NCBI GenBank assembly: GCA_965249105.1
Contig: OZ252219.1
Coordinates: 1,173,914 to 1,237,913 of the forward strand
Reading direction: 5' to 3'
DNA length: 64,000 bases
Source of the DNA: Vicinamibacterales bacterium
GTDB taxonomy: Bacteria; Acidobacteriota; Vicinamibacteria; Vicinamibacterales; UBA8438
The notes beneath the pieces were generated by a model, which saw only the letters and a list, made by a program, of their open reading frames with translations, did no database searches and had not been told where the DNA came from. Below, piece after piece: positions 27,496 to 36,747 of this stretch. A program made the translations under genes and the position numbers. Every line of letters starts with the position of its first letter. Within the stretch, counting starts at the first letter, position 1.

Positions 27496-28945
27496 GCTTG
27501 GGTTCAAGGTGTCGTCGCAACACCGCGTTGTGTGATTGAGCATAGGTGATCGCCAAGTGCCTCCGCGGGTGTCTTCCAGCCGAGGGTCTTGCGGGGGCGA
27601 CTGTTGAGAGCAGCAGCAACGGCGTCAAGATCATCACGAGAGTGTCTGGACAGGTCGGTGCCTTTGGGAAAGTACTGCCGCAGCAGGCCGTTGGTGTTCT
27701 CGTTCGTGCCGCGTTGCCAGGGGCTGTGTGGGTCGCAGAAGTAGATTGGCAGACCGGTGTCGATTCGGAGTTGAACGTGTTGAGCCATCTCGGCGCCTTG
27801 GTCCCATGTCAGTGAACGGCGAAGCTGCGTGGGCAGCGTGATGATCGACGACGCGATGGCGTCTCGGACGGCCTCGGCACCATGCCCCGCCAGGGCGGGA
27901 CCGTTCTTGATCCGAGGCTGCCCATAGTCATCCATGCGAGGCAGATGCAGCAGCCTCGTGAATCGGCTGGTGCGTTCCACGAGGGTCCCAATCGCAGAGC
28001 TCCCCAGTCCGACAATCAGGTCACCTTCCCAGTGTCCTGGGACCGCCCGATCGTCTGCTTCGGCGGGGCGCTTGCTGATCATGAGTTCGGCAGTGACGAA
28101 CGCCTTGCCGCGTCCTCGTGTCCGTGCTCTTGGCACGCGCAGCGCCCGGCCGGTCCGCAAGCACGCCACCAGGTCGCGTCGCAGTGCCCCTCGTCCCTGC
28201 ACGTAGAGCGCCTGGTAGATGGCCTCGTGGGAGATCCGCATCGACTCCTCATCGGGGAAGTCGACCTTGAGTCTGTTGGCAATTTGCTCAGGACTCCATG
28301 ACGCCGCCCAGCGTCGGTCTTGACGGCGCCCGGGGCGGCGACCGTTCCAGTGCACATGGGGACCAGGCACCCTCGTCCCGTCGGCGGCCGTAATCCTGCC
28401 GGCGAGTCGGTCTTGCACGTACCGGCGCAGTTCGTCGTGTGCAGCGAGCTTCGCCACCTGCGGTCTTTTCGCCTTCAGGTCGGCGTGCCACTGCGCGGTC
28501 GTCGCGCGATACTCGAGTCCGCCACTGCGGGTTGCCGCATTGCGACGGAGCTCCCGAGAGATGGTCGACGGGGACCGGCTGATTCGCCGAGCGATATCAC
28601 GAACCCCGCAGTGCTGGGCGTGCAAGATGGCGATCTCGTCTCGTTCGGCAAACGACAGGTAGCGCCCCGACAGAGGGGCCAGGCTGATCGGCGGCATGCC
28701 TCCACTTTCGCGGAACCATCTCGTTCCGACCGGCTGGGACACGCCGGCCCCCAGCGCCGCCTCTTCGCTGGACAACCCGCAGGCGATCGCCTCCCAGAAC
28801 CGACGCCGATGCTCACGGCGTCCCGCCGTGGGACGACCCGGCGACCGCATCGGAAGACGTCCCGCACGGGGTGACCGACGACGTTTCGGTGTTCCCATCG
28901 CAACTCCTCACCGTTGAGGTGTTGCGACGACCGTTTGAATCTACC
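27496..28945 (-). mobile_element. IS30-family IS, copy 2
   Basis: Same IRs as copy 1. 3-bp direct repeat gag at 27493-27495 and 28946-28948. Confidence 0.85.
27504..28898 (-). CDS. IS30 family transposase
   Basis: 464 aa, differing from 269..1663 at a handful of residues. Confidence 0.9.
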   Translation of the reverse strand: MGTPKRRRSPRAGRLPMRSPGRPTAGRREHRRRFWEAIACGLSSEEAALGAGVSQPVGTRWFRESGGMPPISLAPLSGRYLSFAERDEIAILHAQHCGVRDIARRISRSPSTISRELRRNAATRSGGLEYRATTAQWHADLKAKRPQVAKLAAHDELRRYVQDRLAGRITAADGTRVPGPHVHWNGRRPGRRQDRRWAASWSPEQIANRLKVDFPDEESMRISHEAIYQALYVQGRGALRRDLVACLRTGRALRVPRARTRGRGKAFVTAELMISKRPAEADDRAVPGHWEGDLIVGLGSSAIGTLVERTSRFTRLLHLPRMDDYGQPRIKNGPALAGHGAEAVRDAIASSIITLPTQLRRSLTWDQGAEMAQHVQLRIDTGLPIYFCDPHSPWQRGTNENTNGLLRQYFPKGTDLSRHSRDDLDAVAAALNSRPRKTLGWKTPAEALGDHLCSITQRGVATTP

Positions 28946-29063
28946 GAGTCAGCACGGCACAAGGATAATGCTTGGCTCACGTACTCACTCCCTTAAGCGA
29001 TGCAGACTTTTTGCCGGCCCGTCAACTTTTGACAATATCTCGGCTTCGGCACGGACATTCCGG

Positions 29064-30491
29064 TCAAGGGACCGACGGGAAGTACGGTTGGCCCTCGAGT
29101 CGTTCCAGCCGTGCGCGGTCCGTCTCGGAGTCGAGTTCATCCTGTACGTCGACGAAACGATACGGTCGCCTCACGGTGGCATAGAAACTGCGGTCTGGGA
29201 GCGGGGTGAACCGGGTCCCGAAGTACCGGTTCAACACCAAGCGGTAGCTGTTCACGTGGGACATCGCGGAATACGGGGCGACCAAGACCGGGTCCCCCAT
29301 GTCTGAACGAGAGTGCTGCGCCTGACCGGTCGCGTCTTCCTTGACAGGGGGAAGCAAGAAGGCGCTCAGCACGGACATCCGGTCGTGCAAGTAGGACACC
29401 TCCCAGCTGTCATGGCTGAAAAAGGCACCCGGTCCGTGATCTCCGTGCACGATGATGATCGGTGTCGTTTCCGCGGCAGCCAAGACGCCCACGATCGCTT
29501 CCCGCAACTGGTTGTTCACCCAGTGCAGCTGGTCCCGGAACTGGCGCTTGTAATCGCCACGCGTCAGTCCGCCGTCCCGAATAAGGTGACTCGCGCTCCG
29601 CTGTCCGAAAAAGCGCTGCTCGCCTGTGTCGCTTCCATCTCGGGCGACCACGAAGGGCGGGTGTGGCGCCAGGAAGAGGGCAAAGACGAACAGTCGCTCG
29701 TTGCGGGCGGCGAGCTCCGGAAGGCTCCTGAAGGCGTATCCTAATCTCTCCCGCTCAGACTGTCGCTGGCCACTTGAGGAAGTGGCCGTGGCCATAGCGA
29801 GCAGGGCCCGGTTGAACTCGTTCTGTTGCCCTGACGCTACGTAGATCGGAGTCGAGGAGATCGTGGTCGCCCAAAAGCCTGAATCGAGCGCGACGAAGGT
29901 GTAGCCCTGCTCCGCGAGAAGGCGACGGACCCGACTGTCCGCAAGACCACGCCGGAGCGGCTCGAGGTTGTTGCTGTCGGGCGCCACGTTCGCCACCAGG
30001 TTGTCCAGGTAGTCCATGTTCAACGTGGACGCCAGCGAGTGGATCGTGTGGCTGTAGTTGGCGCGACCTTCGTGCGCCACGAAGAACCCCTGTGCCTCGA
30101 GCCATCCCACGAACGGTGTGTTGTCGAAGTCATATAGCGCCGCCAGGGTGTCGGACCGACCATACGCATCGAGTACGATGTGGAAGATCGCAGGGTGGTC
30201 ATTGTCCGCGGCCCGAAGCACGCTGCTTTCCGCCGCGGGTGCTCTGAGCTCGAGCCAGCTCGAGTCGGCCTGCGCGACGGCAAAGTGAAGGACCGTGACG
30301 CCCGCCGTTGCGACGAGCACGCCGGCAAACGCGTCGAGCACCTTGGTCACGTGACGCAAGTGTCCTCGGGTGCGGAAGGTGAGCACCGCAAGGGGTGCCA
30401 TCACCGCCATAATGGCGCCGGCGGCCTGCATCTGGCTTCCGCCGAAGAGGTCGAGCAGGCGACCGTTGGCCCAGACCGACACGATAATCAT
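29064..30491 (-). CDS. membrane-anchored sulfatase-like (alkaline-phosphatase superfamily, LTA-synthase-like) protein
   Basis: N-terminal TM helices, then FHIVLDAYGRSD...NYSHTIHSLASTLNMDY...IIVHGDHGPG. The 5' end abuts a repeat fragment and may be truncated. Confidence 0.6.
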   Translation of the reverse strand: MIIVSVWANGRLLDLFGGSQMQAAGAIMAVMAPLAVLTFRTRGHLRHVTKVLDAFAGVLVATAGVTVLHFAVAQADSSWLELRAPAAESSVLRAADNDHPAIFHIVLDAYGRSDTLAALYDFDNTPFVGWLEAQGFFVAHEGRANYSHTIHSLASTLNMDYLDNLVANVAPDSNNLEPLRRGLADSRVRRLLAEQGYTFVALDSGFWATTISSTPIYVASGQQNEFNRALLAMATATSSSGQRQSERERLGYAFRSLPELAARNERLFVFALFLAPHPPFVVARDGSDTGEQRFFGQRSASHLIRDGGLTRGDYKRQFRDQLHWVNNQLREAIVGVLAAAETTPIIIVHGDHGPGAFFSHDSWEVSYLHDRMSVLSAFLLPPVKEDATGQAQHSRSDMGDPVLVAPYSAMSHVNSYRLVLNRYFGTRFTPLPDRSFYATVRRPYRFVDVQDELDSETDRARLERLEGQPYFPSVP

Positions 30492-30520
30492 CGTCGCGCC
30501 ACGTGGCGACCCGCCAGTGC

Positions 30521-30590
30521 CGTCGATCAAGAGTTTCGATCCGGGACATTCCGGGACTATCCGGGATCCATCCCGGTATCCGTCGGCATC
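30521..30590. repeat. CCGGGAT-TIR family, solo TIR-like fragment
   Basis: gtcgatcaagagtttcgatccgggacattccgggactatccgggatccatcccggtatccg. Confidence 0.55.
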
Positions 30591-30623
30591 CTTAATTCAT
30601 AGGATCAGTACGCGTCGGCGCGA

Positions 30624-31187
30624 TCACGTGCGCCGTGCCGATGTTGACGCTGGCCACGTGAGCGCGAGCAAGCCCGGAGCCCAGGCCAGCGCCCACATCG
30701 CAAACTGCAGCAGGTAGTTTCGACCCTCCGCAGGCGGCCGTCCCCAGAGGACGTTGCGGACCAGCGCGAACGCGATGCTAGCGGCGACAGCGGCCACGAC
30801 ACCTCGCGTCGCGACCTCCTTCCAGTCCCGTCGATTCGGTGCCCGCAGCCATCGTCCGTCAAGGGCGGCTAACAGGAACCACATGATCACCCAGGCGCCT
30901 GGGATCGCCGTGCCGTAGGTACGTGAATCCATCACGACGATGAGGAAGTAGTAGCTGAGGGCCCCGCCAAGGCCGGCCAGCGTACCGAGCGGAAGCCCCT
31001 TGACGAGGCCGCCGCCGGCCGCGCCGATCGCGCCGCCTACGGCAGTCAGCAGCAGCGCCCCGTGCACCAGACCGGCAACCATGGTGTGCCGCACTCCCAC
31101 GGTGTACCAGATGAAGTCGCCGAGGGTTGCAGCGGCGGCGACGACGACGATACCGGCAACAATGGTCATGTCAAGCCCCATCCTCAA
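30624..31187 (-). CDS. hypothetical integral membrane protein
   Basis: About 5-6 hydrophobic helices. No motif recognised. Confidence 0.5.
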   Translation of the reverse strand: MRMGLDMTIVAGIVVVAAAATLGDFIWYTVGVRHTMVAGLVHGALLLTAVGGAIGAAGGGLVKGLPLGTLAGLGGALSYYFLIVVMDSRTYGTAIPGAWVIMWFLLAALDGRWLRAPNRRDWKEVATRGVVAAVAASIAFALVRNVLWGRPPAEGRNYLLQFAMWALAWAPGLLALTWPASTSARRT

Positions 31188-31380
31188 GCTCGCGTGGGAT
31201 TATGGCTGCCAGCGCGCTGACCTGGGGCCTGTTCTTCCTGGCGACCCCCTGGGCGCGTTGTTCCTGGGCACCGCCGAGACGCCATTGGCGCGGTTCCAGA
31301 TGGCACTCGCATTTGGAGTCCCTGCCTTGCCGGACTTGGTACTGGTCGCCGTCATTCTTCTAGCGTAAGCGGGGGAGCCC

Positions 31381-31482
31381 ATGCCAAGCTATCGCAGTCT
31401 AAACCACACGAAGTGGGCCTGTCAGTATCACGTGGTGTTCATCCCCAAGTATCGGAAGAAAGTCATCTACGGAACCGCCTAA
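31381..31482 (+). pseudogene. IS200/IS605-family TnpA (Y1 HUH transposase), N-terminal 33-codon fragment
   Basis: MPSYRSLNHTKWACQYHVVFIPKYRKKVIYG. It is followed by the hairpin ggaaccgc-N5-gcggttcc. Confidence 0.6.
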
Positions 31483-31723
31483 CGCGGTTCCGCTCCATCC
31501 GCGGGCCCATCCATGACACAGGTCAACCGCCACACAGGTAGTGGCGGACCAGATCGCCGGGGCCGACGCTGCCGAGATCGACGCCGGCGAGGAGGAAAGC
31601 GCCCGGACTGAGCTCTATTGACCCGATTCCCGGACGGTCCCTCTCGGTCGGCGAATGTTCGAGTGAGGGCTCCGCCGGTTTAGGTCCACTCGGAGCGTGA
31701 GACTGCGCCCGGTCGTGGCCGCG

Positions 31724-31855
31724 CATCCCGTTTATCCCGCCTAGTCCCGCAAGATCCCGGATCAAGACTTTTGATCGCGCACATCCGCGTCTTCTTGCTC
31801 TACTTATCCCGAGGTTATCCCGGGTTTCAAAACTTCTGATCGAGGTCAGCCGCCC
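31724..31855. repeat. Two tandem degenerate TIR-like modules of the CCGGGAT-TIR family
   Basis: catcccgtttatcccgcctagtcccgcaagatcccggatcaagacttttgatcgcg and ttatcccgaggttatcccgggtttcaaaacttctgatcgagg. Confidence 0.55.
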
Positions 31856-32117
31856 TGGGGGAACACTGGAAGTTGACCCGACCCGAGCGGGCACTCAACT
31901 CAGCCCCGGCTCCGAATTGAACGACGCGAAACGGTTGGTGGCGTTCTTGCGCTGAAGGCGATCTATGGAATCGGCCATGCGTTCGTCGATGGAGGTCATG
32001 GCACTCCCTAGCTAGATGTCTCCATCCCTTTCTTCTGCCGACCTCACAGCGGCGATGATCAGGGCGTTCGGAAACTCCCGCAATCCTTCATGACGGGCGG
32101 CGTTCAATTTCGCGATC

Positions 32118-32591
32118 TTGTCCTGCGACGACTGCTGCCATTCATTTCGTCGCTGCTCAGTCACACCCGTCGTGAGGGCAATCGAGGTGCCCCTTGACGA
32201 CTTCGACAACGTTGATGTCACCGTTAGCTTCATCGGCAAGCATTCTACGGGCCTCATCGAAGCGATGCCTAGCAACGCGACGATGGTCGCGTTCCACGAG
32301 TTGGGCCTCCGCAGTTACGTCTCGGAGCCGGATCGCGGGCGGCGCAAATTGGAGAACGTCATCGAGTGGCAAGCGTCGGTGTTCCTGCGCGGTCATCCCA
32401 ACATCCTGAAGCGACTGCTCATCCAGGTCTGTACGACTATCGGCAGCTACGGGGTGATTCCGGATCCCACCGACGAGAAGGCGGTGTGGATTTCGGCGAC
32501 GCGCTTCCCGGGACAGGTCGCCCGGCTGCACCTCGGCGACAGCCCGCCGGACCGCAGGGCTTCTTCAGCCGCGGGCTGGATGGACGCATAG
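32118..32591 (+). CDS. hypothetical protein
   Basis: GC3 is roughly 85% in this frame, versus the overlapping antisense ORFs. No homology recognised. Confidence 0.35.
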   Translation: MSCDDCCHSFRRCSVTPVVRAIEVPLDDFDNVDVTVSFIGKHSTGLIEAMPSNATMVAFHELGLRSYVSEPDRGRRKLENVIEWQASVFLRGHPNILKRLLIQVCTTIGSYGVIPDPTDEKAVWISATRFPGQVARLHLGDSPPDRRASSAAGWMDA

Positions 32592-32790
32592 ACAACCCGA
32601 ACGGAGGGTGGAAGGGTCGCGGCTTGTGGGCGACGTACGGTGACGCGGTGACCTGGCACATCGAAGGGGGGGTGGGCGTCAAGCCGGGCCTCCTGAAGTT
32701 CCAGGTCCGTCCGGATCCCCTCGCCAACTGAGCGGTCGTTAGTTAGTTCGCCGTCACTCCTTCAGGCCGTTGCGAAGCGCCGGGAGTTCG

Positions 32791-33854
32791 TTTTAATCCG
32801 GGATAAGCCGGGATCATCCGGGATGACCCCGGGATGCGACTCTCGCGGTCGCAACGACGTACGGGGACGCGGCGGCCCCAGCGGGGGGCGGTGGGCCGGG
32901 TGCGGCTCTACAACGTCACCGACGATGCAGTCGTCGATGGCCCCCAGTCAGGTGGTGCTGGGTGGGCGGAAGGTCGCGATCCGGCGGCCGCGCGGCCGCC
33001 GCGACGGCGCAGGAGCTGCGGATCCAGCGTGGCGCGTTGCGCTCGACGACGAGGCGTTCGTCGTCGATGCCCGGGTCGGTGTACGGTCGGTCGTGCAGCC
33101 CGGCGTGGATCACGCGCACCAGCTTGTGGGCGGTGGCCAGGATCCATCCCGGTAGCCGACGCTCTGTGGGCGCAACGACTGACGCCGAGTCCAGCGCCGG
33201 GACGCCACGTTGCACCTGCCGGTGCAGGTCCACGCGCGCCGCGCGTCATGGTCAGTTTCTGTGCCGTGGGCTCGGCCGCCGCGCCGCGAGAAGTTCTTGC
33301 AGCGGCATATTCCGGGACTTGCCGGGCTCCATCCCGGAATCCGACGCTCCGCGGACCCGACGACTGACAGGGGTCAGTCGTACATGGCTCTCTCAAAACC
33401 CCGGACCACCGAACCTGGCTCGCGAGACGATCACGCGGACCCCGGCCGCCACCTCGCCCCCGGCGCGACTCACCTCCCCGGCGCCGCGCCCGTAACCGCT
33501 GAAATCGCCTGAATCCAACGAGGAAATCGGGGGCACCCCTCGAGCGATCCCGAAGTGCGAGCATCGGCAGGACTGGGTGGCGGTGGGGGCAGTCTCGAGC
33601 GAATCCGTCTCGCACGTCGACAAGCGAATAAAAGACGAATATTTGAAGGGTCCCTACTATGTCCCGCTTCAAACTCCTTGACCGGCTCAGGGGGAGTGTC
33701 TTGGCGGGCAACGTCGGTACCTCCGCATCGGAGGATAAGTTGTTGTCCTCGCGCGAGTCGCATCCCCGGGGTCATCCCAAGAGTCGCATCCCGGGGTCAT
33801 CCCGGATTATCCCGGCTTATCCCGGATTAAAACTTGGGTCATGCCTAGCTGAGC
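32791..33854 (-). repeat. CCGGGAT-TIR element, copy D (1064 bp, longest; carries an IS110-like remnant)
   Basis: Both TIRs are present. The core is colinear with A, B and C. Extra DNA sits between two right-end-like modules. There is a partial internal duplication of the left TIR (gagtcgcatcccggggtcatccc, twice). Confidence 0.85.
33022..33144 (-). pseudogene. IS110-family transposase, C-terminal remnant
   Basis: ILATAHKLVRVIHAGLHDRPYTDPGIDDERLVVERNAPRWI resembles the conserved IS110 Tnp tail (A.KL..II...L..G..Y......NAPRW). Confidence 0.55.
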
Positions 33855-34349
33855 CTCTCTGAACGTTCCGACCTGGTACCCCGCCGATCTGAAAATGGCC
33901 GATTGCGTCGAGGTTGGCTTTGACCGTCTCTGCCAGGCACCCTTCCATGATCTGCATATGGTAGAAGTCGTACTGCAGTAACACATTGTCGGTGCCAACC
34001 TGATGAATGATCCTCTGGGCCTGCGCGCTCCGCGTCAGAAAATAGCCCGGATTGTCCCGAGTGTTGAGTGGCTCGATGAGGAGGCGCACGCCAAGCGGTC
34101 TCGCCTGCTCGGACGCCCACTGCACGTTGGATACAAAGGTACCCTCGGCTCGCGTGTCGTCGGTCTTGCCAGCCAGGCAGTGCAGTTGACGGCAACCAGT
34201 AGCCTCGGCGTACTCGAGCGCCCGCGTGACGTCCTGTTCGAATTCAGCCTCCTGTCCGGGAATGGCACCGACGGCTGTCGGCAGGTTGAACAGCACCGGG
34301 GTCAAGTCGTGACACCTGAGGCGGTCGGCGATGTCTTCCGGTGCGGTAT
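33855..34349 (-). pseudogene. hyi: hydroxypyruvate isomerase (xylose-isomerase-like TIM barrel), truncated at both ends
   Basis: LTPVLFNLP...GQEAEFEQDVTRALEYAEATGC..LHCLAGK...LLIEPLNTRDNPGYFL...LLQYDFYHMQIMEG...IGHFQIGGVPGRN. Both ends stop at repeat termini. Confidence 0.75.
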
Positions 34350-34533
34350 CGGAACATAATCCGCTGAGCTCGATCAAAAGTTTTAATCCGGGATAAGCCG
34401 GGATAATCCGGGATGACCCCGGGATGCGACTCGCGCGAGGACAACAACTTATCCTCCGATGCGGAGGTACCGACGCTGCCCGCCAAGACACTCCCCCTGA
34501 GCCGGTCAAGGAGTTTGAAGCGGGACATAGTAG
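34350..34533 (+). repeat. CCGGGAT-TIR element, left-end-only fragment (copy E)
   Basis: X-type end plus TIR plus the first ~115 bp of the core, breaking at gcgggacatagtag. Confidence 0.8.
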
Positions 34534-35483
34534 TAGCCCCCCGCGCTCGACTCGGCGAGCACGATGTCATCCCACACGCTCGGGTTGAGGACGTAGTGCG
34601 TCGCCATCGACCGACCGGTAAACCGGATCAGCGTCTTGGCCTTCCGCAGGACGTTGAGCGGTTTCGAGCGCACCACGTTGGTTCCCGTGCCCGTCGTCGT
34701 CCAGCCGATGTCCTGAATCCCCGTCACGGTGAGCAGGTCCCGGAGGTTCGGTGCCGTCCCGTCGCCCTTCAACGTCGCGAGGTCGACCGCCTGGCGCACC
34801 ATGAAGGGCAGCGTGTCGTCCAGGTAGCTTTCGACTTGCGGCTCGTCCTCCATCTCCTCGCGGGTGACGGGAATGTGGGTGGCGATCTTGCGGACCGCGG
34901 TTTCCTGCTGCGTCAGCGCGAGCGTCGACTCCGGCGCCCAGCCCGCGTCGGTCTTGAACAGCGTCGCCAGGATCGCGTCGTCCCGCACCAAGAGGGTGCT
35001 CTTGAGCGGGAGGCTCGCCATCTGACTCGCAAACGCCGCCGAGCCGAGCGCGGGAATGTCCCCCTGCTGCGTGAAGTCCGCGCGGATCAGATCCGCGAGC
35101 TGCGCCCGCGGCGCAGGGCGGACGAGCTGGACCGGCGCTGGGTCGGCAGCGCTGACGCCGCCGCCGCGATTGCCGGCCCGAATGTCCTGCGCCACGCGAT
35201 CCAGCTCGGTCCGCTCCGTGAGCGCGTCTTCGAGCCCCGAGAGCTCCGAGTGGACGCCAATCAGCGCCTCGCACTTCTCGGCCAGGCTCTTCCCGTCGCC
35301 AATCGCGGTGACCTTGGCGAGATCGAGATCGTCGCCCGCTTGGTCAAACGCGTTTTGCATGGCGCGCTCGACCTCGTCCCGCTTCGTCGTGATCGCCGCG
35401 GCGGGCTTGCCACGCCACGCGGTAAAGGTGTCCTTCCGCTTCGTCTCGTCCACCGAGGCGAAGGGTTTCATGGGCTGAGTCAT
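34534..35483 (-). pseudogene. HK97-family phage major capsid protein, 3'-truncated by repeat copy E
   Basis: Delta-domain-like N-terminus, then THIPVTREEMEDEPQVESYLDDTLPFMVRQAVDLATLKGDGTAPNLRDLL. The C-terminal ~60 aa are missing. Confidence 0.75.
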
Positions 35484-35995
35484 GCTGCTGCCTCCTGTTG
35501 GGCCTTGAGCCGCCACCTGGCCAGCACGCGCCGAGCCACGGCCCGCGCCTGTACATCCTGGGCAGTCGTCGCCGCTGCCGTGTCCGCAATCACCGCCGTC
35601 GCGAAGCCCGCGGTGACGGCCTCCTCCGGCGCGAACCACGTGTCATCCTTGAGCCACGTCGTCACTTTCTGGCGCGACGCGCCCGTGCGCTCCACCAGTA
35701 CATCCCGATTCGTCTTTTCCGCCGAGCGCAGCCCACCCACGACTTTCGTCACGGTGTCCTCAATGTCGTCCGCGGCGCCCGCCATCAGGAGCAGTGACCA
35801 CGGGTTGTGCACCATCAGTTCCGTGCCCGTGGTCATCGTGCGAGTCTCGGCCGCGAGGAAGGGCAAGACGGCCGCCGAGGCCACCACGCCGCGCGCCTCT
35901 GCTGTGACCGTGACGCCGCTCCGCGCCCGCGCGCGCTTCGAGGAGGGCGCGAAGATCCATACCGCCAGCATGGACAATCGCGATCGCGTCGACAA
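35480..35995 (-). pseudogene. phage prohead protease (ClpP/S49-like), 5'-truncated and possibly frameshifted
   Basis: ARGVVASAAVLPFLAAETRTMTTGTELMVHNPW...TWFAPEEAVTAGFA. 4-nt overlap with the capsid gene. Confidence 0.6.
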
Positions 35996-36046
35996 GGACA
36001 TCCTGTCAGGGGGACAGGATGTCCGCCCCACCCGCGCGGGTGGGGC
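35996..36046. terminator. Two adjacent perfect GC-rich hairpins
   Basis: ggacatcctgtc-N5-gacaggatgtcc (35996-36024) and gccccaccc-gcgc-gggtggggc (36025-36046). No U-tract follows. Confidence 0.4.
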
Positions 36047-36061
36047 GACGCAACAGTTCTA

Positions 36062-36090
36062 TTGACAACAGAACACATCTGTTGCATACT
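36062..36090 (+). promoter_or_regulatory. Putative sigma70 promoter of hicAB-2 with an embedded dyad
   Basis: TTGACA-17 bp-CATACT. The spacer contains acaga-N5-tctgt. The ATG is 13 nt after the -10 element. Confidence 0.5.
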
Positions 36091-36102
36091 GGGGTCGTGC
36101 CG

Positions 36103-36288
36103 ATGACGCCCAAGCAGTTCAAGCGGTGGTTAGGTCGGCAGGGGTGCACGTTCGAGCCAGGGAAGGGCGGACACCTCACGGTGCGGCGCGGCGACCGCGT
36201 GGCCTCGCTCCCGATGCACGGCAAGCGCGACATGCCGACAGGGACGATGGAAGGGATCAAGAAGGCCCTTGGCTTGAAGAATGGGTGA
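36103..36288 (+). CDS. hicA: HicA-family toxin
   Basis: MTPKQFKRWLGRQGCTFEPGKGGHLTVRRGDRVASLPMHGKRDMPTGTMEGIKKALGL. Confidence 0.8.
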   Translation: MTPKQFKRWLGRQGCTFEPGKGGHLTVRRGDRVASLPMHGKRDMPTGTMEGIKKALGLKNG

Positions 36289-36706
36289 CAAGATGTTGTG
36301 CTATCCAGTAAAACTGACCACGGAGGACAACCACGTCCTGGTGTCGTTTCCCGACGTGCCCGGCGCGCTGACCTACGGGGACGATCGAGACGAAGCGCTG
36401 ACGCGCGCGGTCGACGCGCTGGCCACCGTGTTCGATGCCCTCATGAAGGATCGGCGACCACTCCCGGCTCCCTCACGTCGGAAACGCGGCCCCTTCGTCG
36501 CGCTTCCCGCGCTCATGGTGGCCAAAGTCGAACTGTACAACGCCATGCTCAGGCAGAAGGTCGGAAAGGCCGAGCTCGGCCGACGACTCAACTGGCATCT
36601 CCCGCAGGTCGACCGCGTGCTGGACATGACGCATGCCTCGCGTGTCGACCAACTCGAACAGGCGCTTGGAGCCGTCGGAAAACGGCTCGACCTGCACGTC
36701 GTGTAG
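36281..36706 (+). CDS. hicB: HicB-family antitoxin
   Basis: CYPVKLTTEDNHVLVSFPDVPGALTYGDDRDEA plus a C-terminal HTH. Paralogous to 6604..7032. Confidence 0.8.
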   Translation: MGDKMLCYPVKLTTEDNHVLVSFPDVPGALTYGDDRDEALTRAVDALATVFDALMKDRRPLPAPSRRKRGPFVALPALMVAKVELYNAMLRQKVGKAELGRRLNWHLPQVDRVLDMTHASRVDQLEQALGAVGKRLDLHVV

Positions 36707-36747
36707 GGGGCATCTGACAGCACCTTTTAACTAAAAATCAGAAAGCT

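Noticed and set aside
32157-32531. 124-aa minus-strand ORF and neighbouring minus-strand ORFs at 32012-32727
   Set aside because: The overlapping plus-strand frame (32118-32591) has roughly 85% GC3, the expected coding signature. The minus-strand frames show no motif.
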